A stretch of DNA of 64,000 nucleotides. It comes from Candidatus Poribacteria bacterium (GTDB taxonomy: Bacteria > Poribacteria > WGA-4E > WGA-3G). How positions within the stretch are numbered: position 1 is the stretch's first letter; each line of letters opens with the position of its first letter. Positions 1-8,404 of this stretch are shown piece after piece. The DNA lies in NCBI GenBank assembly GCA_022821495.1, contig JAJEDN010000026.1, positions 65,561 to 129,560 of the forward strand, in the 5' to 3' direction. The notes under the pieces were generated by a model. That model saw only the letters and a list, made by a program, of their open reading frames with translations, was not told where the DNA came from and did no database searches. A program made the position numbers and the translations under genes.

Positions 1-713
1 TCTTCCAATGCTTTCTCTGAGATGAGATCTTTAGCATGCAGTTCTTTGTTGCGTTTATGCTCCGCTTCTGCTGTTTCAAAGGAGATTTTTGCTGATTCAA
101 CATTTGCTTGTGAGCGTTCAAGGGTCAGTTTTGCTTGCCCTAATGCAATTTCTGCTTGCTTCAAGGCGATATTGTCTTGATCAAGGGAGTTTTGTGTCGT
201 TGCAACCAGTGTTTCAGCCTCAGTTATCCGTTGCTGTGTGTTGGCGACAAACGAATCCAAGGTCGCTTGTGCCTTAATGACAGAATTTTGTGACTGTGCG
301 AGACTGCTTTCTTGCTGTTTCTCGGTAATTGTGATACGAAGTTGAGCACGCTCAAGTTCCGCCTTACGCGCCTCAAGATTCGCCTCTGCCTGCTTCTTTT
401 GCTCCAGAATTTGTTCATCATCAATGCGAAGCAGCGGTTGATCCATCTCAACTTTTGCTCCCTCATCAACGAGAATTTCAACGATCTCACCTTCCACGTT
501 TGAGCGAACATCTACCTCTATAAAAGATCTGAGATTACCAGACTCACGTACACGCACAACGAATTCACCCCTGCGGACGACTTCCTGTTTGGCCTCCGTT
601 TCCTTCTTATCTTGACCGAAACCGAAATTCATACGGGTAGCGCCGATTGCCCCCGCAGCAATAACAACTACGGCAACTACCCCGATGATAATCCATTTCT
701 TTCGATTCTTCAT
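1..713 (-). CDS. Efflux membrane-fusion (periplasmic adaptor, HlyD/MFP family) protein; C-terminal part runs off the window
   Basis: Open minus-strand frame from ATG at 711-713. It is absent from the ORF track because there is no stop in the window. Sequence: MKNRKKWIIIGVVAVVVIAAG (membrane anchor), ...VDVRSNVEGEIVEILVDEGAKVEMDQPLLRIDD (lipoyl-like hairpin), then a long coiled-coil. It starts 1 nt after the stop of the TolC-like gene. Confidence 0.75.
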   Translation of the reverse strand, partial: MKNRKKWIIIGVVAVVVIAAGAIGATRMNFGFGQDKKETEAKQEVVRRGEFVVRVRESGNLRSFIEVDVRSNVEGEIVEILVDEGAKVEMDQPLLRIDDEQILEQKKQAEANLEARKAELERAQLRITITEKQQESSLAQSQNSVIKAQATLDSFVANTQQRITEAETLVATTQNSLDQDNIALKQAEIALGQAKLTLERSQANVESAKISFETAEAEHKRNKELHAKDLISEKALE

Positions 714-714
714 G

Positions 715-2133
715 CTATTGTAAAACTCCCATTGCATCTTGCAGACGGGTTTGCGCAATTTTGTAGTCGTAGAACGCATTGACTTCATTCGTCAAGGCTT
801 GCGCATAACTCGTTTGGGCATCAAGCAATTCAAGCAAAATCGCTTTACCGACATCAAAGCGTCCTTGAATGACATCTAAACTCAGCTGGGCGTTGATAAC
901 CTGTTTTTTAGAAATGTCAACGGCGGCTTCACTTCGTTTAAGATTTAGATAGTTTTGCCGAACAGCGAGGGCGACGCTTCGTTCTAAGTCACTCGCATTT
1001 TCACGGGTCTGTTCTAACTGCATTTTCAGTTCTTTCACACGATTTGCTAAGACACCACCATCAAAAAGCGTGAAATTCAGCGATACGCCGGCACTCCAGG
1101 TTCGGAAATCAGAGAAATTCTCACGCTCACGGAGGTAGTCATCAAGGTTGACGTTGTAATCAACATCTGCGTTCAGACGGGGCCAGCGCTGTAACCTCGC
1201 CAAGGTTAAACTCCATTCTTGTGATTTTATTTGGGCTTGTCGCTCTTGAAACTCTGGACGACTGTTAAGCGCTATCTGGATAGCTTCTTCAACCGACATC
1301 TCTATGCGTTCAATTGTTCCGCGTTCCTGATACAATTGATAGGATTCATCGATAGAAACCGTAAGTAAGATGCCAGGGTCCAAGCCGAGGAGCCGCGGCA
1401 GCGTCGCGTGTGCTATTTGAAGTGAGTTACTGTTGTTCAGCAGTGATAACTGATCGTTTGCCTCGCGGAGCTCGGCTGTCGCCACGTCAGCGGGGATAAG
1501 GGTACCCGCGTCTACGTAATCCCTTGTCCGCTGTGTGTTTTCTTGTGATCTTGAAAGAATTTGTTCACTGACTTTGACGAGTTCCTGCCTTTTCAACACA
1601 TCGTAGTACGCGACTGTGATGTCAAGGATTAAGTCTTGTGTGGTCCGCTGATTTCGGCTGACAGTAGCACTCAGGCTCTCTTTCGCTTGCGCGAAACTTC
1701 CCTCGCGCTGCCCGTTGTCCCAAATTGTATACTGCCCGCGTAGCCCCAAATTGTAGTTTTCAGGTTCAAAACCGAATTCAACACGGTCAGAAAAATCGTA
1801 ACTGCCGTTTGAAAAAATTTCTGGAAAATACCGGGCGCGCGCATTTTTGACCCGTAGTTCTTGCATCGCGAGATTCAAGCGCGCATTTCGCATGCTTGTT
1901 GATTTTTCTAAACCTATCTGGATACACTGTTCAAGGGTTAAAGGTTGTGATAAGTCAACTTCGACAGCAGGTTCTTGTGCTCCGATACAAAAAACTACTG
2001 CAAACTGAAGAATAAGAACGGTTTTTAAAAGCACGTTTTGGAACTCTTTATGCCGTGCCTTTGACGAAGTCGTGAGTCTCGATAAAACAGTTAACTTTAT
2101 TTTCCCATCAATCATTAAGATCTCCTTGTCCAT
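715..2133 (-). CDS. TolC-family outer-membrane efflux protein
   Basis: 472-aa ORF with a hydrophobic signal-like N-terminus (LLKTVLILQFAVVFCIGAQEP). Two long repeated coiled-coil/beta halves are typical of OEP/TolC. It lies directly upstream of an MFP gene. The start may be an internal Met (around 2115). Confidence 0.8.
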   Translation of the reverse strand: MDKEILMIDGKIKLTVLSRLTTSSKARHKEFQNVLLKTVLILQFAVVFCIGAQEPAVEVDLSQPLTLEQCIQIGLEKSTSMRNARLNLAMQELRVKNARARYFPEIFSNGSYDFSDRVEFGFEPENYNLGLRGQYTIWDNGQREGSFAQAKESLSATVSRNQRTTQDLILDITVAYYDVLKRQELVKVSEQILSRSQENTQRTRDYVDAGTLIPADVATAELREANDQLSLLNNSNSLQIAHATLPRLLGLDPGILLTVSIDESYQLYQERGTIERIEMSVEEAIQIALNSRPEFQERQAQIKSQEWSLTLARLQRWPRLNADVDYNVNLDDYLRERENFSDFRTWSAGVSLNFTLFDGGVLANRVKELKMQLEQTRENASDLERSVALAVRQNYLNLKRSEAAVDISKKQVINAQLSLDVIQGRFDVGKAILLELLDAQTSYAQALTNEVNAFYDYKIAQTRLQDAMGVLQ

Positions 2134-2445
2134 TCCGACGCTTACAGATGTTTTCCAGCATGTACACCTTGTGCCGGTTCAACACGTTCTGACAGTCAGT
2201 TTTGGGAAATTATAAACTTCACCAAAACCGCGTTATTATATAAGTTATTATGAAAGTCTATGACTCTCTCTAATTTCGTCTGGTGCTATCCGACTTCTAA
2301 GAACCTTTCAAATCGGAGACATTCGCCCAATTTTTTTACGATCAAGTTTAATTTGCAAGCAACACCAAAATACCTTATTTATGTATTTTGACGCTATTCT
2401 TCGTTAAAAGTTTAGACATTTTGACCCTTAAACTGGTTCATTTTC

Positions 2446-2474
2446 TTGCAAATATTTGGATTTTATGCTAAACT
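2446..2474 (+). promoter_or_regulatory. Putative sigma70-type promoter for the PEGA-domain gene
   Basis: TTGCAA-17 nt-TAAACT read directly, 43 nt upstream of ATG 2517. Confidence 0.35.
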
Positions 2475-2516
2475 GCTCTGTTAAAATGTTTTGAAAAATA
2501 GGTCGTGGATAGCAAC

Positions 2517-4148
2517 ATGTCACAGCGAAATTCCATTTTCACATTCATTTTTATCTGTATGGTGTCTATTATTACCGCCTCGTCACCAGCATTCTCAGAG
2601 GATTCTGGTACGTATTGGTTGCTTATAGACGCAACGCCGGATGATCGGGCACATGAACTACTGAATTCGCTCACCGAACTCCTAACATCGCGTGGAGAAG
2701 TACCCAGTGCACAAATCTATCACCTTCAAAGCGAGCGCGCAACAACCGAAGAAATCCAAGCGGTACTCCAAGAAATTGGTGCGCAAACGCAGGCACAAGA
2801 CACTCTAATCTTTTTATATCATGGGATGGTCACCAAACCGAGAGGTATACCCACGATGCACCTGTTGACGCAGGAAGATGAAGATGGGATTCGAGATGCC
2901 ACCCTCAATGAATGGTTTAGAAAAACTGAAAGACAACGCACCTTTGTTATTGTCGATGGTTATACAGAGGATACAAACTTAAGTGCTTACTATGCCAACC
3001 GAGAGACGCTCGGCACTGCTGCACTGAATGTAATTCAATCAGCAGAAAAAGCGGATACCACAGCACTCCTCAAGGAACTCCACGCTGCACTCTCTGCAGA
3101 TACAACCGATTCAGACGATAATCGGCAGCTAAGTATTCTCGAAACCTATGAACTGTTACGAACAAATCCCAATTTTGTCGACGGGATTCTTGCCCCAACT
3201 GGCGATGTCGAAGCAGCGCTGCTGAAACTCAGTTCAGCCCTTAAGATCACAACACTTCCCGAAGGCGCGCAAATTTCTATTAACGATGCAGAAGTCGGAA
3301 ACACTCCGAAACTGGTCACTGAGAACCTCCAACAAGGCACCTCCATAATATCTGTGAAGAAAACCGGGTACATCATCCCCGCATCCAAGACCGTTGATCT
3401 GCAATTGACACTCGGCGAGTCTGTTTACTTGAGTTGGGTACTTGATCCTATTGCTGTTCATGGCACTATTACAGCGGTTTCTGATGAATCGGCTGCCGGT
3501 ACTATCGTTTGGATTGATGGAACAGCGCACCAGCAGACTGTGGGGGCAAATGGGATTTTTCGCTTTGATGAGTGGAAAGATACGAATGCATTGACACTCG
3601 GTGAAACCTATACACTCTACGCGAAACAGGGAGACCTGAATTACGGTTCGGAAACCTTCGCCTTTGACGGTTATAGTGATATAGCACAACCGATTCAACT
3701 CATTAAACGGACATGGTTTGAGGTGTCGCAAATTGAGTTTGACCGAAATAACCACCAAGGGGCTGTCACCGCTTTCCAGAACGGAATTGAGAACACGACC
3801 GATTTCCCGAAAATGTCGCAAGATCTGACAGTTTTACTCCTTAGTTCGTTTGCCGATGCCTTAGAGAGACAAAATGTTCAGGATGTTACTTATCTGGTAG
3901 TTACAGCGAAACTGGCGGAACAGCTCGGTCAGGTTGCTCTCGCAAAAAAGTATTGGGAAGAGGTAAAAACAAAGGCACAAAAGGGGACACCTGCCGCCCA
4001 ATTGGCTAACCAGCGGTTGTTACACCTCAATCGGAATCGCTATCTCTTCAATATCGGCCTTGTTGTGCTATTAGTTGTGTTACTTGCCTCTGGGGCTTGG
4101 ACATTTTACAGATTCCGAAAATCCAGACAAGTAACGCAAGAAGACTAA
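2517..4148 (+). CDS. Secreted/membrane-anchored protein: caspase-like (probably inactive) domain + PEGA domain + C-terminal TM helix
   Basis: Signal-like N-terminus MSQRNSIFTFIFICMVSIITASS. Caspase-like layout (DTLIFLYHGMV ... RTFVIVDGYTED), with Gly where the catalytic Cys is expected. PEGA motif LPEGAQISINDAEVGNTPK. C-terminal TM helix LFNIGLVVLLVVLLASGAWTFY. The track starts at GTG 2505; ATG 2517 is preferred. Confidence 0.6.
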   Translation: MSQRNSIFTFIFICMVSIITASSPAFSEDSGTYWLLIDATPDDRAHELLNSLTELLTSRGEVPSAQIYHLQSERATTEEIQAVLQEIGAQTQAQDTLIFLYHGMVTKPRGIPTMHLLTQEDEDGIRDATLNEWFRKTERQRTFVIVDGYTEDTNLSAYYANRETLGTAALNVIQSAEKADTTALLKELHAALSADTTDSDDNRQLSILETYELLRTNPNFVDGILAPTGDVEAALLKLSSALKITTLPEGAQISINDAEVGNTPKLVTENLQQGTSIISVKKTGYIIPASKTVDLQLTLGESVYLSWVLDPIAVHGTITAVSDESAAGTIVWIDGTAHQQTVGANGIFRFDEWKDTNALTLGETYTLYAKQGDLNYGSETFAFDGYSDIAQPIQLIKRTWFEVSQIEFDRNNHQGAVTAFQNGIENTTDFPKMSQDLTVLLLSSFADALERQNVQDVTYLVVTAKLAEQLGQVALAKKYWEEVKTKAQKGTPAAQLANQRLLHLNRNRYLFNIGLVVLLVVLLASGAWTFYRFRKSRQVTQED

Positions 4149-4170
4149 AACCATTATAGTCGATTTTGAA

Positions 4171-4240
4171 ATTACTTACACACTTGTAGGGGCTGGGTTA
4201 CCCAGTCCCTACGTCTACGTCCATCGAGTGTGCAAGTAAT
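4171..4240. repeat. Nested palindromic (REP-like) element between convergent genes
   Basis: Outer arms ATTACTTACACACT (4171-4184) and AGTGTGCAAGTAAT (4227-4240). Inner hairpin GTAGGGGCTGGG-tta-CCCAGTCCCTAC (4186-4212). Each stem has one mismatch. Confidence 0.6.
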
Positions 4241-4293
4241 TAGGGGCTATAGTATAAAATTAATTCCCGCATCGGAATAGTATCTGAAATAAA

Positions 4294-4387
4294 ATAGGAC
4301 TTACGCAGCACCCTTGCAGGCGGGGTTTGAAACCCCGCCTGCAGGGCATAATATGTAGATTATGATAGAAAAATGCGTAAGTCCTAT
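4294..4387. mobile_element. MITE-like repeat, copy A (14-bp terminal inverted repeats, perfect internal palindrome)
   Basis: ATAGGACTTACGCA ... TGCGTAAGTCCTAT termini. Internal palindrome TGCAGGCGGGGTTTGAAACCCCGCCTGCA. Related copies at 12643-12755 and 29751-29835. Confidence 0.7.
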
Positions 4388-4392
4388 AAAAT

Positions 4393-5490
4393 CTAAAAGT
4401 TAATCCTGTGAGAAAATTCCATTCCTGCTAAGAGTTCTTCTACTACCACTGTCGCATATCCACCCGCAGGAAGCGTAAAACGCAAACGCACCCCCAAATC
4501 ACTGTCAGTAGCAGATACTTCATGCAGTTGTATCGGCATCCGCAAGGGGCGACGCGTTCCAGGTAACCGAATGCCCACGACTTTACGGAACTGTTCAAAA
4601 CGCATACCTTCATTTGCGAGAAGCGATGTCTCTAAAGTCAGCGCATCACCTGTCGGTATTCGCATCTTGTACCCGAAGATTGGTCCCGAAGGACTAATCT
4701 CGAACGTATCTGCACGCCGTTGTTCGATCGTTGGGTTCGGAACATGAAAGGGTGCCCCGTTGCTGTGTTTCACGGCAATGTCGCCCGCAATAAGTTTACC
4801 TAAATGAGGTTCCCGCTGCGCCAAGGTGCGGTTGAAGAGGTGCGCTTGATACGCTGACAGATATAACTTACGTAACCGATGCGGAATGGAGGTTATCACC
4901 CTCTCGGCAGGCTTCCGCGCTAATTCTCGTTGCATACGCCGCGCGACAGCGTCTGCTTGCAGTGCGTCCGCTGTGAGCATACAATTCAGGACGGTTTCCC
5001 ATTCTGCTTTCAGGAGCGCTTTTCCGATCAGATGTGAATCATTTTTTTTCCCGAACCGTTGCGTACCAAACCGATTCGGTACACCTTCAGTTACCAACCG
5101 CGCCATCACCGTTTTAACCAAAGACAATCTGTCATGAGGTATATCATGTAGCGTTAATTCAAAACGGTTGCCACGAAGGTGTCCCACCCGCAATTTATGC
5201 GCATGCCTTTCTGCCCATAAAACGTCAATATCCGGTTGTTCAATCTCCAAAACCCGTTCCGGTGTTACACCCTCGACAGACAAGGTCTGCGTTGTAACCG
5301 CATGCTTATCCTTTAATCCCGCATACCCGAAATCGCGTGTTGACACTTGTAGTTCCCGTGCAATTCGGTTAATAGCCTCCAACGTGCTAAGATTCCGTTT
5401 CCGAATAGCAAAATAGGTATGCGTCCCTGTTCCAGAGGGTTCATACAGTGGTAGTTCTTCAACGATAAAATCTTCGGGTTCTTTAAACAT
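4393..5490 (-). CDS. truD: tRNA pseudouridine(13) synthase TruD
   Basis: FIVEELPLYEPSGTGTHTYFAIRK ... FGYAGLKDKHAVTTQ motifs are typical of TruD. Start set at Met33 of the track ORF (ATG 5490, preceded by AAGGAAGG), because the upstream extension overlaps the neighbouring gene's promoter. Confidence 0.85.
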   Translation of the reverse strand: MFKEPEDFIVEELPLYEPSGTGTHTYFAIRKRNLSTLEAINRIARELQVSTRDFGYAGLKDKHAVTTQTLSVEGVTPERVLEIEQPDIDVLWAERHAHKLRVGHLRGNRFELTLHDIPHDRLSLVKTVMARLVTEGVPNRFGTQRFGKKNDSHLIGKALLKAEWETVLNCMLTADALQADAVARRMQRELARKPAERVITSIPHRLRKLYLSAYQAHLFNRTLAQREPHLGKLIAGDIAVKHSNGAPFHVPNPTIEQRRADTFEISPSGPIFGYKMRIPTGDALTLETSLLANEGMRFEQFRKVVGIRLPGTRRPLRMPIQLHEVSATDSDLGVRLRFTLPAGGYATVVVEELLAGMEFSHRINF

Positions 5491-5573
5491 TTGACCTTCC
5501 TTACATCCATTGATCACCACGTTATTATATGCCTGATTACCTGATTTGTCAAATCGGGAAATAGAAATATTGC

Positions 5574-5602
5574 TTGCCATCAACACAAAATTGTGGTATA
5601 CT
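5574..5602 (+). promoter_or_regulatory. Putative sigma70-type promoter for the ferredoxin-fusion gene
   Basis: TTGCCA-17 nt-TATACT, with TG immediately upstream of the -10 (extended -10). AAAGGAGG RBS at about 5622, ATG at 5636. Confidence 0.45.
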
Positions 5603-5635
5603 TAACAGTGAACGATCTACAAAAAGGAGGGGAAA

Positions 5636-6922
5636 ATGGCTTATATAATTTGTGAACCGTGTGTTGATGTAATGGACACCGCATGCGTTGAGGTCTGTCC
5701 AGTGGACTGCATACATACCACCGAAGGCGAAAAGCAGCTTTACATTGACCCAGATGTCTGTATTGACTGCGCAGCCTGCGTACCTGCGTGTCCGGTTGAA
5801 GCGATCTTTATGCAAAGTGACGTTCCAAGTGAATGGGAATCGTATATTGAAATAAACAGCAAGTTTTTTGAGACTTTTGTTAAACCTGAGGCTGCGGACG
5901 ATGGCACAGACGCAGCAGGAAAAACCAAACAAGGAAAACAACAAGGGATTCCGGAAGAATTTGTACAGATACCAGACGCGCCAGACTCAAGACTACGGAC
6001 ACCTTACAACTTATTAGTGATGCTTGGGCAACCCATCCTGGGCGCGTTCTCAGCGAATTTTAAAACACGGCTTGAAGAGATGGCAGGAAACACGCGTGTC
6101 TTTAGTGCCGCCGTATCTACAGGCATCAACAGCCTAATCAACCTAACGCTCTATCCGCTCATCCTTTTCTTTATCGGGTTCCCAGGACAATCTCCCGACC
6201 TTTTTTCAAGTAGAGGCAACTTGATGATTTTCCTCGGGATAGTCATCGCGATAACCGAAGGTATTTACCGGTTTAAAGACGAATTTGGTTCAACAACCGA
6301 GCAACCGCGTTACGGAGCAGCATTCTACGGTTGGTTTGCCTCGCTTGTAGCAACGCCGCTGCTCATCGGCTTACGTTCTGCCCTTGTTGTTACGCCTGCA
6401 GCACATCGGACAACAATGCCTGGATCCGTAGAAACGGATGGCGCAATTTATTCCGATGACATAAAGGAGCGGTACCGGCGCTACGGAATGGTCAATCAGG
6501 TCTCAGAAATGGCAGACCACTACCGTATTGAGATTGAGTTCCCACGATGGGTGCCGAATTCTGCTGCCAAAGAAACCTATGATCTGCCCGATAGAATGCC
6601 GCACTATGACTATGAGGTCTGTTTAAGTTCCCCGTATTCTATAGACGCTACATCTGCACCTGAAACCACCGTGACAGTTCAGACGCAGCTTCCTGTGAAC
6701 CCTAAGACTGGACAGATGGAAGACCCACGGTTTGAACAGGTCGTCGGACGTACGAGTTCCTTCCCTAACGGCTTTACAAGTATTTTCCCTATTCAAGCAC
6801 AACCTGAGGATTTCCATACAACTTATCGGAACAGGGTCCTTGAAATTATCGTACCGAAGACAGGGACATACGAAAAACTTATCTTGGAACCGACCGTTCA
6901 CTACGCAAAACTCAAGGGATAG
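5636..6922 (+). CDS. 7Fe-type ferredoxin domain fused to a multi-TM segment and a C-terminal alpha-crystallin (sHSP)-like domain
   Basis: N-terminus AYIICEPCVDVMDTACVEVCPVDCIH...DPDVCIDCAACVPACPVEAIF matches FdxA-type ferredoxin. It is followed by 3-4 hydrophobic helices. The C-terminus (DHYRIEIEFP ... YRNRVLEIIVPK) resembles an Hsp20 core and its ending. Confidence 0.7.
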   Translation: MAYIICEPCVDVMDTACVEVCPVDCIHTTEGEKQLYIDPDVCIDCAACVPACPVEAIFMQSDVPSEWESYIEINSKFFETFVKPEAADDGTDAAGKTKQGKQQGIPEEFVQIPDAPDSRLRTPYNLLVMLGQPILGAFSANFKTRLEEMAGNTRVFSAAVSTGINSLINLTLYPLILFFIGFPGQSPDLFSSRGNLMIFLGIVIAITEGIYRFKDEFGSTTEQPRYGAAFYGWFASLVATPLLIGLRSALVVTPAAHRTTMPGSVETDGAIYSDDIKERYRRYGMVNQVSEMADHYRIEIEFPRWVPNSAAKETYDLPDRMPHYDYEVCLSSPYSIDATSAPETTVTVQTQLPVNPKTGQMEDPRFEQVVGRTSSFPNGFTSIFPIQAQPEDFHTTYRNRVLEIIVPKTGTYEKLILEPTVHYAKLKG

Positions 6923-6999
6923 GTTTCAACGGTTCGCTATGTCCAAGGTCGAGTGGATACTCAAAAACATCGTCTTTACAATAATAGCGGGTAAGTCTC

Positions 7000-8376
7000 A
7001 TGTTGGATAACGAGACGCTTGTCGCTTGGGATAAGCGTTACCTCTGGCATCCATTCACGCAAATGCAGGATTGGTTGGCGGAAGACCCTGTCATTATTGA
7101 ACGCGGTGAGGGATGCTACCTCATTGCTACCGACGGCAATCGGTATCTTGACGGAACCGCCTCTATGTGGACGAATGTCCACGGACACAATCACCCGCAG
7201 CTGAACACAGCGCTTAAGACGCAGCTCGATAAAATCGCACACACGACGCTCCTTGGCTACAGCAACATTCCTGCGATTCAACTTGCACAAAAACTGGTAG
7301 AAATTACGCCAGCCGGACTGAACAAGGTGTTTTACTCCGATAACGGTTCAACCGCTGTCGAAATCGCCTTGAAGATGGCGTATCAGTACTGGCAACACAA
7401 AGCAGAATCGCAACGAAAACTATTTATTCATTTCGATAAGGCATACCACGGAGACACGATAGGTGCTATGAGTGTCGGGGGTATTGATAGTTTTCACACC
7501 ACCTTCGGTTCCCTCCTTTTCAAGGGCGTGCGTGTATCTACTGCTGAAACTTATCATGCCTCGCATCGGGCTGACACATCTGGAAACAACGCTTCAACGA
7601 TAATCCATTGGCTTAACGCCGTAGAAGCCGCACTCGCTGAAAATGCTGGGCAGATTGCTGGTATTATTTTAGAACCCTTAATCCAAGGCGCGGGCGGGAT
7701 GCTTGTCGCGCCAAAGGGGTTTCTCAAGGAACTTAGCACGCTTGCAAAACAGTGGGATACGCTTCTCATCGCCGATGAAGTTATGACTGGATTTGGGCGC
7801 ACCGGCAAAATGTGGGCATGTGAGCACGAGGACGTTACACCCGATATTTTATGCACGGCAAAGGGACTCGCAGCCGGCTATCTGCCACTTGCGGCAACGT
7901 TAACGACTGACGACATCTACAACGCCTTCCTCGGTGAATACAGAGACCTCAAAACTTTCTTCCACGGTCATACGTTTACAGGAAATCCGTTAGCATGTGC
8001 TGTGGCATTAGAAAATATCGCTATCTTCGAGCGTGAGAACCTCCTTTCTCGACTTCAACCTACTATCGATCATTTCAGGAACCGGCTTCAGGATTTTTCT
8101 GCCCTGCCCCACGTTGGCGATGTGCGGATGTGTGGCCTCGCCGCTGGTGTGGAACTCATGAAAAACCCGCACACAAACACACCCTACCCGTTTCAAGAAA
8201 AGGTAGGGATCCGGGTCTGTAAAGAGGCGCTCGCACATGGAGCAATACTTCGACCGCTCGTGAATACTCTTGTGCTGATGCCGCCCTTGCAAATCACGAT
8301 TTCAGAGTTAGACACCCTGTTGGACATCGTTTATACATCAATTGAGAACGTAACAAAAAAGAGGACGGGTCTTTGA
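7000..8376 (+). CDS. bioA: Adenosylmethionine-8-amino-7-oxononanoate aminotransferase (BioA)
   Basis: WHPFTQMQDW, ERGEGCYLIATDGNRYLDGTASMWTNVHGH, SDNGSTAVEIALKMA, ADEVMTGFGRTG: class-III aminotransferase with a BioA-type N-terminus. Confidence 0.9.
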   Translation: MLDNETLVAWDKRYLWHPFTQMQDWLAEDPVIIERGEGCYLIATDGNRYLDGTASMWTNVHGHNHPQLNTALKTQLDKIAHTTLLGYSNIPAIQLAQKLVEITPAGLNKVFYSDNGSTAVEIALKMAYQYWQHKAESQRKLFIHFDKAYHGDTIGAMSVGGIDSFHTTFGSLLFKGVRVSTAETYHASHRADTSGNNASTIIHWLNAVEAALAENAGQIAGIILEPLIQGAGGMLVAPKGFLKELSTLAKQWDTLLIADEVMTGFGRTGKMWACEHEDVTPDILCTAKGLAAGYLPLAATLTTDDIYNAFLGEYRDLKTFFHGHTFTGNPLACAVALENIAIFERENLLSRLQPTIDHFRNRLQDFSALPHVGDVRMCGLAAGVELMKNPHTNTPYPFQEKVGIRVCKEALAHGAILRPLVNTLVLMPPLQITISELDTLLDIVYTSIENVTKKRTGL

Positions 8377-8387
8377 ACCCGCCCTCT
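8354..8387. terminator. Hairpin terminator shared by convergent bioA and the beta-propeller gene
   Basis: AGAGGACGGG-tctttgaa-CCCGCCCTCT (9/10 bp). On the minus strand it is followed by a T-run (plus-strand AAAAAA at 8355-8360). It overlaps the last bioA codons. Confidence 0.45.
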
Positions 8388-8404
8388 AATTTAACTGGAC
8401 TGAC

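Noticed and set aside
3234-3821. A 195-aa minus-strand ORF inside the PEGA-domain gene. Similar long antisense ORFs occur elsewhere: 16784-17236, 24674-25171, 30674-31174, 41635-42252, 43536-44120, 43745-44302, 46509-47039.
   Set aside because: All lie entirely antisense to ORFs with clear family signatures. They have Arg/Ser/Cys-rich compositions typical of shadow frames and no recognisable motifs.
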